Assembly (NCBI GenBank): GCA_017513085.1
Contig: JAFWDK010000029.1
Coordinates: 107,275-171,274 of the forward strand
DNA: 64,000 nucleotides
Source: Clostridiales bacterium
GTDB taxonomy: Bacteria; Bacillota; Clostridia; Saccharofermentanales; Saccharofermentanaceae
Direction: 5' to 3'
In this document: in pieces, positions 1 to 8,724 of the stretch
Layout of the letters: each line of letters starts with the position of its first letter
Numbering within the stretch: position 1 is the stretch's first letter
Position numbers and translations under genes: made by a program
Notes under the pieces: generated by a model
What the model was told of the DNA's origin: nothing
The model's database searches: none
Seen by the model: only the letters and a program-made list of their open reading frames with translations

Positions 1-255
1 AGAGAGATGGAACGGCTTTCAAAACTGGGTTATGAATTCGAGATCGTGCCGGATCCGAGAATTGGCGATGGTGAAGAAATCGTTGCTGATGGAGAGAATA
101 AGTACTCGATATACAGCGGATTTGCCGTGAAGGGAAACCTTACGGGAGAACAGCTGTCCAGATTTGAATCAGAAGTAAAACAGAATGATGTGAAGCACAA
201 TTACTTTTTCATCTGGCATACGGAAAACGGCGATGTAATGATCCCCGGCGAATGA
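1..255 (+). CDS. Hypothetical protein, probably 5'-truncated by the window edge
   Basis: Frame is open from base 1; followed closely by the RBS of the next gene. Confidence 0.55.
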   Translation, partial: REMERLSKLGYEFEIVPDPRIGDGEEIVADGENKYSIYSGFAVKGNLTGEQLSRFESEVKQNDVKHNYFFIWHTENGDVMIPGE

Positions 256-270
256 TGGGAGGCGAGAGAT

Positions 271-906
271 ATGGAAAAGAATTCAGGCAAAACGTTGGCA
301 GCGAAAATACTTGCGATGGTACTGATCGTCTCGATGGCGGGTATTTTTCCTGCATGCAAAAAGAAATCGGAGATACCTACGAAAGAGGAGTTCCTGAATG
401 AGCATATCAACGATCCGGATCCACATGGTGTGAAGAAACTGGACTTCAACCGCGAGGACCTTATCAAGGCGTGGGGTGAACCGGACGCTGATAAGAGCCG
501 GGGTTCTTCTTATGTTTGGAAGTGCGGGGATAAATTTATCATTGTCGGAGCTGATCCGGACGATCCGAATAAGATCGAAGAGATGTATGTGTCCTATACG
601 CAGGAACTGGTATATCTGTTCTCGAATGCTTCGATAATCTACGTGAGTGCGCGGCAGGACGGTGTGACGGATTATCATAACTGCATCATGGTTGAGGAGA
701 TGTATTTTGACAAGGAGACTTTGGCGTGTCTTGAGAGAGGGACGATCCTGGAGATCGAGTTTGACGGGTACTTTCTCGAAACGTATCCCGGACAGCTGAG
801 CAGTTTGTACTCGGTCAAGGCTACAGGAAAAGTCGACGAGTCGGAAATGCCGGCGCTACGGGAACAGGAGCAGTATATACGCGAGAATTACACCGGCGAA
901 CAATGA
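271..906 (+). CDS. Putative lipoprotein (element cargo)
   Basis: GGGAGG RBS; signal peptide ending FPA-C. Confidence 0.7.
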   Translation: MEKNSGKTLAAKILAMVLIVSMAGIFPACKKKSEIPTKEEFLNEHINDPDPHGVKKLDFNREDLIKAWGEPDADKSRGSSYVWKCGDKFIIVGADPDDPNKIEEMYVSYTQELVYLFSNASIIYVSARQDGVTDYHNCIMVEEMYFDKETLACLERGTILEIEFDGYFLETYPGQLSSLYSVKATGKVDESEMPALREQEQYIRENYTGEQ

Positions 907-1352
907 TATATAACGTCCATGCATAAATATGGCGAAAATATAATTCCAATTGGTCATCGTATTCCAATATCGGGATTCACATATATTGATTAGCGAGAGA
1001 TGGAGAAGCAGCAAATAGAGTTTAACAGCAGCAGTATTCTGAGTTCGCTCTTCTTTGTTGAGTTTTTCAACTTTGGCTTTATAGATGATGTTCAGTTCGA
1101 TACAACGGAGTCGTAACCTTTTAGTATGCTCTCTTGCCTGTCCTAAAATTGGGACAATACGGTCCGACAATTGTCCGACTGAAAGTTTACAATTAGCCCT
1201 AAACATAGGCGTTTGGAGGCTTTCGGAGATGTATGCCTATTTGTAAACATTTTTATCATGTTTTTCCTCTTGTACAGTGTAAAATATCGTGCTATTATTC
1301 GGCTATATAGAATATATGTTCGTTTTCTAAATCTGTTACAAGGAGAGATGAA

Positions 1353-1904
1353 ATGGGAAGACATGATACGGTAGCCTGGCAGAGAATAATTGCTCTGTGC
1401 ACGATATACGGAGTAGATATAAACGATATTAAGAAGAAGTCCAAGAAGATCCTGTCTCTCTATTCGGATCTTGTTGTACTAAAAAGAGCGAAAGAAGACG
1501 AGTTTGCTTTTCTCTATCCCTGTCCACCGCTGGACTATATGAAAGCATTGGATATTCTAGATAAACTCGATCCGAATCAAGGGAAACATGACCTTTCGAT
1601 CATCATATATAACCACATAAAAGTTGAATGGTTTACGGAACTCGTGGAGGATACAATAGCGAAGCTGAGAGAGTTTCCGGATGGAGACCTGTATTCGGGT
1701 GTCATAAACCAATACTATCTGACATCTTTCGTTCAGGATGATGAGACGATCGCTCACGAACTCCGGGTCGAATACAGTCGGTTATATGATCGGAAACGAG
1801 AAGCGATGATCATGTTCGGATTGTGTCTCTGGCATTATGTTATTCCGCGTAAGCGTGATGAGATGATAAAGCTATCTGACCTTCCTTTCGCTACTATAGA
1901 TTAG
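1353..1904 (+). CDS. Hypothetical protein, possible ArpU/sigma region-4-like regulator
   Basis: AAGGAG RBS; C-terminal HTH-like DDETIAHELRVEYSRLYDRKREA. Confidence 0.55.
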   Translation: MGRHDTVAWQRIIALCTIYGVDINDIKKKSKKILSLYSDLVVLKRAKEDEFAFLYPCPPLDYMKALDILDKLDPNQGKHDLSIIIYNHIKVEWFTELVEDTIAKLREFPDGDLYSGVINQYYLTSFVQDDETIAHELRVEYSRLYDRKREAMIMFGLCLWHYVIPRKRDEMIKLSDLPFATID

Positions 1905-2362
1905 TCCCAGCACTTGTCCCAAAAGTTGTTCCAAAATCGGTTCATGAAACTTCCAAGTGACAGACGAAATGGACCGCCATACAATCAAGGTGACGATAAG
2001 AAATCGGCACCACGAAGAAAGAGGAGAAGCCTCGTAACCTTGTGGTTGCGGGGCTTCTTTAGTCGGAAAGGAGTGATGAAAATAAACAATCGGAAGATGA
2101 ATCTCGACATCTTCTATGAACCTTGACAACTGAATAGCAGTTCCCTCCCCTCCATAGGAACCTTACCCGTAGTCACAGGCCGAGCGTTGAAGCGATGAAC
2201 GAGCATCGTGAGCCGTCACACCCAATGAGCGAGGTAAGAAGGATGAATAGTCCTGGGGGAAGGAGATCCGAAGAAACCCTCGTAAAGAGGGAGACTTCCT
2301 GCCCGGGAGTGGACGGTAAATACGGGCAAAGAAGAAACTATATTACAGAAAGGAAAACAACC

Positions 2363-3394
2363 ATGTACAATTCTTATGAACCTTTGGAAACAAAGACGAT
2401 CGAAGATCTGATGGAAAAAGAATTCGAAGACAAGCCGCATTTGGTGGATACCCTTCTTCCGGGTGTAGGCGTGTATATTCTGGCAGGCGATCCCAAGAGT
2501 GGGAAGTCATGGCTTGCACTTGATCTGGCACTTCATATTGCTTCAGGAAAGCCAATGTGGGAACACGAAGTCTTTATGACAGAAGTGTTGTATCTGGCAC
2601 TTGAGGATGGAGAGAAACGGCTGCAGGACAGAATCCTTCGAAATGGCACAGGAGCTCCACCGGGTTTCTACTATGCAACCAATGCACTGACCGTGCGGGG
2701 CGAACTTATCCGTCAGCTTTCAGATGAAATGAAAAAGCATCCTGGCATAGGCCTTGTCATAATTGACACGCTTGCTGCGGTAAAAGGCGAATCTATCGCA
2801 ACAGCCAGCATATACCAGGATGATTACAACATTATGAGAGCTCTTCACGAGTTCTCTACCAACAATAATATCACGATTCTGGTAATACACCATACCAATA
2901 AGAGCAAGTCCCCTTACCCGATGAACAACATTTCCGGATCCAATGGAGTGACCGGTGGTGCAGATGGGAGTTTTGTTCTTGAGAAAGACAAGTTTGAAGA
3001 TGAGGTAGCGAAGCTCTACTGCAGCTGTCGAGACTATGAGGATCACGTACTTACATTGAAGTTCAATAAGGAGACTTGCAAATGGGAGTGCTTGAAAGAT
3101 AACTCTTCATATATGGACTCGCTGGAAAGCGATCCGGATATGCGTAAGGTCGTTGAGTACATCAAGGCGACGAAAGAGTATCGGGGCAGCGCCAGTGAAT
3201 TGTCACAGAAACTGGAGATCGATAAACCGGGCCAGATCCTAAGTGGGAAACTCAGAAGAAAGAGATTGGATCTGGAACGTGCCGGAATCCTCTTCACGAG
3301 AAACCGAAGCCGCATCGGAAGAGAAATTACTCTCATGCTGATCACCCCAAGCGATCAGGTTCCAAATGTGGAAGGTGGTGGTGACGATGCGTGA
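2363..3394 (+). CDS. AAA_25/RepA-like ATPase (helicase-like replication protein)
   Basis: Walker A GDPKSGKS, YLALED, Walker B VIIDT, IHHTNK; AGAAAGGA RBS before ATG 2363. Confidence 0.85.
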   Translation: MYNSYEPLETKTIEDLMEKEFEDKPHLVDTLLPGVGVYILAGDPKSGKSWLALDLALHIASGKPMWEHEVFMTEVLYLALEDGEKRLQDRILRNGTGAPPGFYYATNALTVRGELIRQLSDEMKKHPGIGLVIIDTLAAVKGESIATASIYQDDYNIMRALHEFSTNNNITILVIHHTNKSKSPYPMNNISGSNGVTGGADGSFVLEKDKFEDEVAKLYCSCRDYEDHVLTLKFNKETCKWECLKDNSSYMDSLESDPDMRKVVEYIKATKEYRGSASELSQKLEIDKPGQILSGKLRRKRLDLERAGILFTRNRSRIGREITLMLITPSDQVPNVEGGGDDA

Positions 3395-3995
3395 CGATGT
3401 GACGATGAAAAATACCCACCCTCTCCAAGAAAGCGTCACAGCGTCACAAGCGTCACAAGTGAACGCAGAAACGAACGGTAACGCAGACACGGAAGTGGAG
3501 AAGCAAACCATTTCTTTTTCAGCCAATCCATCCGCTCAGTGGCAAGCCACAAGAGATGTAGAAGTAGTGGAAGAGAAAAAGGCAAGCAGAGCATTCGGCA
3601 TGCCACCGAACGCGGAAGAATCGGGCGGTAGCCCGAACCCACTCGAAAGACACAGTTCCACCGGGAAGAAAATCACCCGGAAAAGAAGCAAAAATCTGTC
3701 GATCCATCTCACTCCAAAGGAGAAAGATGTTATCGTCACAGGAGCCAGGAAAGCGAAAAAGACCGTCACGGATTTCATCTTGGATTCCGTTCGAGGTGCA
3801 GAATTTATTGTGTGCGATGATCTTCACCCGATGCTTCTGGAAGAGAAACGAATCGGAAACAACATCAATCAGATTGCAAGGAAGATCAACTCCGGCGAAG
3901 TGCAAGCTCAAAACTTCGAAGAACTTGCGAGAGAATTGAAGCTTCTGAACGCATCTCTGTATATGATCGTGAGGCGATTCTATGGCGACAGTTAA
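3387..3995 (+). CDS. mobC: MobC relaxosome accessory protein (start uncertain)
   Basis: RHH-like SIHLTPKEKDVI and LEEKRIGNNINQIARKIN motif; overlaps relaxase start. Confidence 0.8.
   Translation: MRDDVTMKNTHPLQESVTASQASQVNAETNGNADTEVEKQTISFSANPSAQWQATRDVEVVEEKKASRAFGMPPNAEESGGSPNPLERHSSTGKKITRKRSKNLSIHLTPKEKDVIVTGARKAKKTVTDFILDSVRGAEFIVCDDLHPMLLEEKRIGNNINQIARKINSGEVQAQNFEELARELKLLNASLYMIVRRFYGDS
3535..3645 (-). other. Putative oriT/nic region
   Basis: Minus strand reads CTTGTGGCTTGCCA (GCTTG/CCA as in pC221-family nic); nearby hairpins TTCGG..CCGAA and TCGGGC-ggta-GCCCGA. Confidence 0.5.
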
Positions 3996-5349
3996 CTACA
4001 TTCAAGAGAAGACTCAGTCCGCATCGGTCATGAAAAAAGTCATCGACTACTGCTCCCGGGAAGATAAAACCATCGATCAGAAGAGCGGGATCCGGTACCT
4101 TAGCGGTGTAAATTGTGATGGAACAAATGCATACGAAGACTTCATCGCAACGAAGATGCTCCATCAGAAAATGAGCGGATTCATGTTCTATCACTACGAT
4201 CAATCATTCCATCCGGATGAGGATATTGCTCATGATAAAGCACATGAAATCGCGAAAGAGTTTGCTGAAAAAGCATGGCCGGGACACGAAGTTCTGGTCG
4301 CCACCCACTGTGATGCGAAGCATATTCACTCGCATTTTGTAGTGAACTCTGTCAGTTTCAGAGATGGAAAGAAGCTGCATCAGACACCGAACACCCTTAA
4401 AGAATTGCGGGAACTGAGTGATGAGGTCTGTCAGAAATACGGCCTATCTACCCTACCGCCGAAGCAGAAAAAGAAAGCAAAAGACATGAGTGCGCGAGAG
4501 TACAGAGCCGTGGATCGCATGATGAGCTGGAAGATGAGGCTGATTGCTGCGATCAATACGGTTATGACAAAAGTGAAAACGAAAGACGAATTTGTGAAGT
4601 TCATGAAAGACCTCGGATACGATGTCGCGTGGACGGACAGCAGAAAGTATATCACCTACACTACCCCGGATGGGTACCGGTGTAGAGATAACCGGCTGCA
4701 TAAAGATAAATATTTAAAGGAGCACATGGAATATGAATTCAGAATACGAGAAGAAATTCAACGACGCGATGAACGCGTGCATGCAGGATCTGAAGACCGC
4801 GGAAAAAGGGACAGCATTCTTTACTATCAGCGAAGAGAACTGGAAAGCTCTCGTCCGGGTATTGAGATCACAGGCTACGCTGATAGACACGATCAGATTC
4901 ACCATAAAGAATGTAGCAACGAGCGATGTCCTGAAATGGTATCTGGAACAGACGATGAGCATCCATACGGGAAACGAGACAGCTTGGAAGGACGAACTGA
5001 AAACGCAGGCGAAATCGTGGAACGAAGAGTGGAGAACCAGAGCGATGACCTATCAGGAGGAACTGACGAAACAGGTTGGGAAGCAGAACGAGAAATTTGC
5101 TTTGGATATGGAGAAAGTAAAGCAGGAACTCCAGAACCAGATGCAGGAGAAGACAGAGAGGCTGTACCACCGGCTCCTGTTCCCGTGTCTGCTTACGACA
5201 TTGTTGGCGTCAGTGCTAACCTTGCTGCAGATCTTGTAGGCATCATTGATTCTCGACCCAGGGAAGATGGGACACCCCATCCCCGACCTGTGAGAGAACG
5301 GAAGAACAAACAAAAAGACGATCGGGATGGTCCGATCATGAGTATGTAA
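3982..5349 (+). CDS. MOB-P family relaxase
   Basis: N-terminal IDY, HYDQSF, HUH motif ATHCDAKHIHSHFVVNSV. Confidence 0.92.
   Translation: MATVNYIQEKTQSASVMKKVIDYCSREDKTIDQKSGIRYLSGVNCDGTNAYEDFIATKMLHQKMSGFMFYHYDQSFHPDEDIAHDKAHEIAKEFAEKAWPGHEVLVATHCDAKHIHSHFVVNSVSFRDGKKLHQTPNTLKELRELSDEVCQKYGLSTLPPKQKKKAKDMSAREYRAVDRMMSWKMRLIAAINTVMTKVKTKDEFVKFMKDLGYDVAWTDSRKYITYTTPDGYRCRDNRLHKDKYLKEHMEYEFRIREEIQRRDERVHAGSEDRGKRDSILYYQRRELESSRPGIEITGYADRHDQIHHKECSNERCPEMVSGTDDEHPYGKRDSLEGRTENAGEIVERRVENQSDDLSGGTDETGWEAEREICFGYGESKAGTPEPDAGEDREAVPPAPVPVSAYDIVGVSANLAADLVGIIDSRPREDGTPHPRPVRERKNKQKDDRDGPIMSM
4733..5239 (+). CDS. Nested out-of-frame coiled-coil protein with C-terminal TM helix (MobB-like)
   Basis: 168 codons inside the low-complexity relaxase tail; AAAGGAG upstream; hydrophobic C-terminus. 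Confidence 0.6.
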   Translation: MNSEYEKKFNDAMNACMQDLKTAEKGTAFFTISEENWKALVRVLRSQATLIDTIRFTIKNVATSDVLKWYLEQTMSIHTGNETAWKDELKTQAKSWNEEWRTRAMTYQEELTKQVGKQNEKFALDMEKVKQELQNQMQEKTERLYHRLLFPCLLTTLLASVLTLLQIL

Positions 5350-5366
5350 GAAAGGAGGCCGATACT

Positions 5367-5567
5367 ATGCCAAAAGAAGTACCTGTATGGGAGAAGTACG
5401 CTTTGACAATCCGGGAAGCAGCGAAGTATTTCCATATTGGAGAAACAAAGATGCGACAGATCGTGGATGAAAACAAAGATTCCGACTTTGTAGTCATGCT
5501 TGGCAACCGGGCCATGATCAAAAGAAAGTGCTTCGAAAAGTATCTTGATCAGGCAAAAGTCCTGTGA
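5367..5567 (+). CDS. xis: Tn916-type excisionase
   Basis: VPVWEKYALTIREAAKYFHIGE..IKRKCFEKYLD; AAAGGAGG RBS. Confidence 0.9.
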   Translation: MPKEVPVWEKYALTIREAAKYFHIGETKMRQIVDENKDSDFVVMLGNRAMIKRKCFEKYLDQAKVL

Positions 5568-5588
5568 GAATTGAGGATGGTTTTTTGA

Positions 5589-5614
5589 AAATAAACACCA
5601 AATAAACACCAAAT
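5589..5614. repeat. Tandem 11-bp repeat AAATAAACACC x2, putative integrase arm sites
   Basis: Located about 80 bp from the tRNA 3' end, followed by inverted repeat 5657-5691. Confidence 0.5.
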
Positions 5615-5695
5615 CGGCAAAATACGATGATTCCCAAGAGAAAAAACAAAGAAATGAAAAACCCCGAAACCTTTGCGGTATCGGGGTTTTCTTTC

Positions 5696-5771
5696 TGGAG
5701 CCGATTGCGAGACTCGAACTCGCGACCTGCTGATTACAAATCAGCTGCTCTACCAACTGAGCTAAGTCGGC
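5696..5771 (-). tRNA. tRNA-Thr(TGT)
   Basis: GCCGACTTAGCTCAGTTGGTAGAGCAGCTGATTTGTAATCAG..GTTCGAGTC..TCGGCTCCA. Confidence 0.97.
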
Positions 5772-5899
5772 ATATCGCCTGCGCTTTTTGTAGCGCAAGA
5801 GATATTTTAAGATGTGGGGGTAGGTTTGTCAAGCCTTTTTTTGAAATTCTGTGTGATCCTGAAATTGCATGCAGGATCACACAGAAGATTGCGTCGGTA

Positions 5900-7516
5900 T
5901 TATTTGGCGTCGACATCCACTTTCTGATTGATGGTGTAGACTACTGTTTGCGGATCGGCGGCGGCGAAGTAGTAGCATGTGTCCTGGTCTTGAGCTTGAG
6001 GATCCAGGTCGTAATAATTTTCACCTGAAAAACTATCCGGTAAAAAGAGGATCAACAAGTACTCGGTTCCATCAATCGTTGCGGTAGGGTAAGGCTCGAA
6101 AAGATAATTTGAAACATCTATGTCATATAGATCCAGGGAATAGAAGATTCCTGTTCCTTCCGTGAACATATTCAAGAGCTGGTCATAATGTCTGTTGAAT
6201 GCCGGCATGTCAGATGTTTTAGGTACTGCAAAGAAACAGTAATCTCCTTCAATTGCTGGCATCGGAAGATCAAGACCGAAGCTTTCATAAGTATATGTGG
6301 AGTCATATTTTTTGACCGGTAAAGAATTGCCATTGAAAGTCGCCGTTAAGTTTTTCGGATCGATCCTGAGCATGTTCGGATCATAAGTATAACCACTCAG
6401 CGTCTTGATGTGGATCTGGATCTTATCTACATCTTTGTGATAGATAGATGGAAGGATATAACAATCGAAAGACTCTTCTGTTATCTGGTCGCCTTCAACA
6501 AGAAAATTAGTTAAGACTTGAGGTTGAGCATAGTTTCCGGTTTCGATATGGGAAAAAGGATCGGCGATGACCTGTCCTTTCTCATCGGTGAGATAGATCT
6601 CGAATCCATAAGCATAGAAGTCGGGGATATTCGGTCTTTCAAGGATGAGCTTGGTGCCTGTGTTGTAAAGCATCATCTCGAGAATGGTGATCTCTTGCTT
6701 CTCATAGGTGAATGACTTGTTGATACGATAATACTTGGATGCTTTGCGCACGACATCGTGAAATTCAATATGGAATGAGTCCACGGTGTGCTCCTGATTA
6801 TATTTTCGGTTTTCTTCATTTTTGGCAGCGAGTTCAGGGGAAGAGAAGGTATCTTCCTGTGCAAACATATCATACATATCAAAATATGCTTTGGGCTCGC
6901 AGTCGAATACGGAAAACTCTATAGCAAAATCCGTTTTAAGGGGGAGATCATAGAGCTGTACGTAAGACTCTTTACCAAGGTGATAGTTGAAAGATGAAAG
7001 GAGCTGTTCTTTTTGAGGGAGTTCGTCGTCCAGTCTGACAAAGTGGAAATCGCCAAGATAATACTGTTGGGATTCCAGATCCAGATCCGTAAACATATCC
7101 ATGAAAAAAACAAAGGAAAGATGGTCCGCAAGAAAAGATTTTACTTCACAATCGATTGTGCCTTTTTCGCCGGAAAAGCGCTTGTGAACTTCGGTGAAAT
7201 CCCCCGCTTCGATAGCTTCTTTAATATCATCGCTGAGCGCTTCACGGATGTCGGAACGAAGGATCAGAGCGGAACTGAATTTGCCGAGAACCGGGAGATC
7301 CGTAGCGGTTCTGGCAAACGTCAGCGATGCGTTTACCCCGATAAAGAGTGTGACAAAAAGCAATGCGGCAACGGAAAGTGCCACTTTCCCTGCAAATGCG
7401 ATGTTATGGCGAGTCTTCCGCTTCTTGGTTTTTTCTACGATCGTTTCCATATTCAGGCGATCTGGTATACGTTGTGCTTCGAAAGCCAGCTCGTTCAATT
7501 TATCTTCTATGTTCAT
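5900..7516 (-). CDS. Membrane-anchored anti-sigma factor (DUF4179-like N-terminus)
   Basis: Overlaps ECF sigma stop; one TM helix followed by FA..LPVLG motif. Confidence 0.75.
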   Translation of the reverse strand: MNIEDKLNELAFEAQRIPDRLNMETIVEKTKKRKTRHNIAFAGKVALSVAALLFVTLFIGVNASLTFARTATDLPVLGKFSSALILRSDIREALSDDIKEAIEAGDFTEVHKRFSGEKGTIDCEVKSFLADHLSFVFFMDMFTDLDLESQQYYLGDFHFVRLDDELPQKEQLLSSFNYHLGKESYVQLYDLPLKTDFAIEFSVFDCEPKAYFDMYDMFAQEDTFSSPELAAKNEENRKYNQEHTVDSFHIEFHDVVRKASKYYRINKSFTYEKQEITILEMMLYNTGTKLILERPNIPDFYAYGFEIYLTDEKGQVIADPFSHIETGNYAQPQVLTNFLVEGDQITEESFDCYILPSIYHKDVDKIQIHIKTLSGYTYDPNMLRIDPKNLTATFNGNSLPVKKYDSTYTYESFGLDLPMPAIEGDYCFFAVPKTSDMPAFNRHYDQLLNMFTEGTGIFYSLDLYDIDVSNYLFEPYPTATIDGTEYLLILFLPDSFSGENYYDLDPQAQDQDTCYYFAAADPQTVVYTINQKVDVDAK

Positions 7517-8100
7517 GTTTCTTCTCCTCCAAGATCAATGCGTAAAAGGTCAAGTGCCCGGCGGACACGAGTGCCGACAGTACCTATCGGAATGTCCAGC
7601 ATTTCGGCGATCTCTTTTGTGGCGTAGCCTGCGAAATACTTGAGTGAAATGATTTTCTGAAGATCATCGGGTAACCTGGATAGAGCTTCGCTCAGTTCAA
7701 GTCTGCTTATGGAAGGTTCGAGAACGGGTTCGTGATCCACCACATATTCTTCAAAACTCCTGTGTTTCTTCGCTTTCTTGTACTGCGTCGCGCAGAGATT
7801 CAACAAGATCCGGATCATCCACGTCTCGAAGAAATCTTCGTTCTTCAAGGTCTTTTTCTTCAAGTATCCGCGATAGATTGCGTCGTCTACGAGATCACAG
7901 GCCGTGGTCTCGCTGCAGAAATACGAGTAGGCGATGGCATACATTTTCTGCCGTATTTTTTCGACTCTACTGAAAAAAACATCATCATTCATGACTGATT
8001 CTTTTCCCTTTTTCTTGCTTCGGACGTCGTCTTTGCCCCGGGATCTTATGGAATCATCCTGTTCCAATACTACTTCATTGTTCATAATCTGCTCCTGCAT
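7513..8100 (-). CDS. ECF RNA polymerase sigma factor (start may be 7992)
   Basis: Region 2 FFETWMIRILLN; region 4 KEIAEMLDIPIGTVGTRVRRA. Confidence 0.9.
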   Translation of the reverse strand: MQEQIMNNEVVLEQDDSIRSRGKDDVRSKKKGKESVMNDDVFFSRVEKIRQKMYAIAYSYFCSETTACDLVDDAIYRGYLKKKTLKNEDFFETWMIRILLNLCATQYKKAKKHRSFEEYVVDHEPVLEPSISRLELSEALSRLPDDLQKIISLKYFAGYATKEIAEMLDIPIGTVGTRVRRALDLLRIDLGGEET

Positions 8101-8274
8101 CTTTTATCCGGATAAAGTGGTGTGTTGCGCGTCTTTGATAGGAGGCGCTTCGTGTACTTCAATAATTAGACAATTCAACAGGGCATTTTTTTCTCGGAGG
8201 AGAAAAATTATTTATATGATAACAGAAAAAACACAAAAAGAGGGAAAAAGTATTGGGAGAAGTGCTTTTGCCAC

Positions 8275-8303
8275 TTGACGAGGGACGGACCATGTAGTAA
8301 CAT
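8275..8303 (+). promoter_or_regulatory. SigA promoter of rpmE
   Basis: TTGACG-17-TAACAT. Confidence 0.6.
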
Positions 8304-8382
8304 TATCAGGCACGTGAAGTCCGGTTTGGCATACGTGGTGAACGAAATTACGCGCCAGACCTTTGATTGAGAGGTGAAAGAA

Positions 8383-8589
8383 ATGAAAGAAGGCATCCAT
8401 CCGAAGACACAGGTTGTCACCGTAAAGTGCGCATGCGGCGAGACTTTCGAGACAACTTCCACAAAGAGCAGCCTGCGTGTTGACATCTGCTCCAAGTGCC
8501 ACCCGTTCTACACAGGTAAGCAGAAGCTCGTAGATACAGGCGGACGTATCGATAAGTTTAAGAAGAGAATGAACCAGGGTCAGAACTGA
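8383..8589 (+). CDS. rpmE: 50S ribosomal protein L31 (Zn-binding type)
   Basis: [26 protein letters not shown]. Confidence 0.98.
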   Translation: MKEGIHPKTQVVTVKCACGETFETTSTKSSLRVDICSKCHPFYTGKQKLVDTGGRIDKFKKRMNQGQN

Positions 8590-8613
8590 TCATTCCGGTT
8601 AAAGAGAACTTTC

Positions 8614-8646
8614 AAAGGTCGTTTCAATTCGAAACGACCTTTTTTT
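8614..8646 (+). terminator. Intrinsic terminator
   Basis: AAAGGTCGTTTC-aattc-GAAACGACCTTT followed by T run. Confidence 0.85.
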
Positions 8647-8724
8647 CGTGCGCGAGGTAGTCCGCTTCGGGAATATCTGTTAGAATGGGTAGTGATGTGT
8701 ATCCGTATTTAGAAAGGGTAACCT

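Larger units (their letters stand above)
1..5695. mobile_element. End of an integrative mobilizable element inserted at the tRNA-Thr 3' end; continues left of the window
   Basis: AAA ATPase, MobC, HUH relaxase and Xis in series ending next to the tRNA 3' end; AT-rich 905-1350; no integrase within the window. Confidence 0.8.

Noticed and set aside
856-1364. Minus-strand ORFs in the AT-rich interval of the element
   Set aside because: No convincing RBS or motifs; more likely regulatory DNA.
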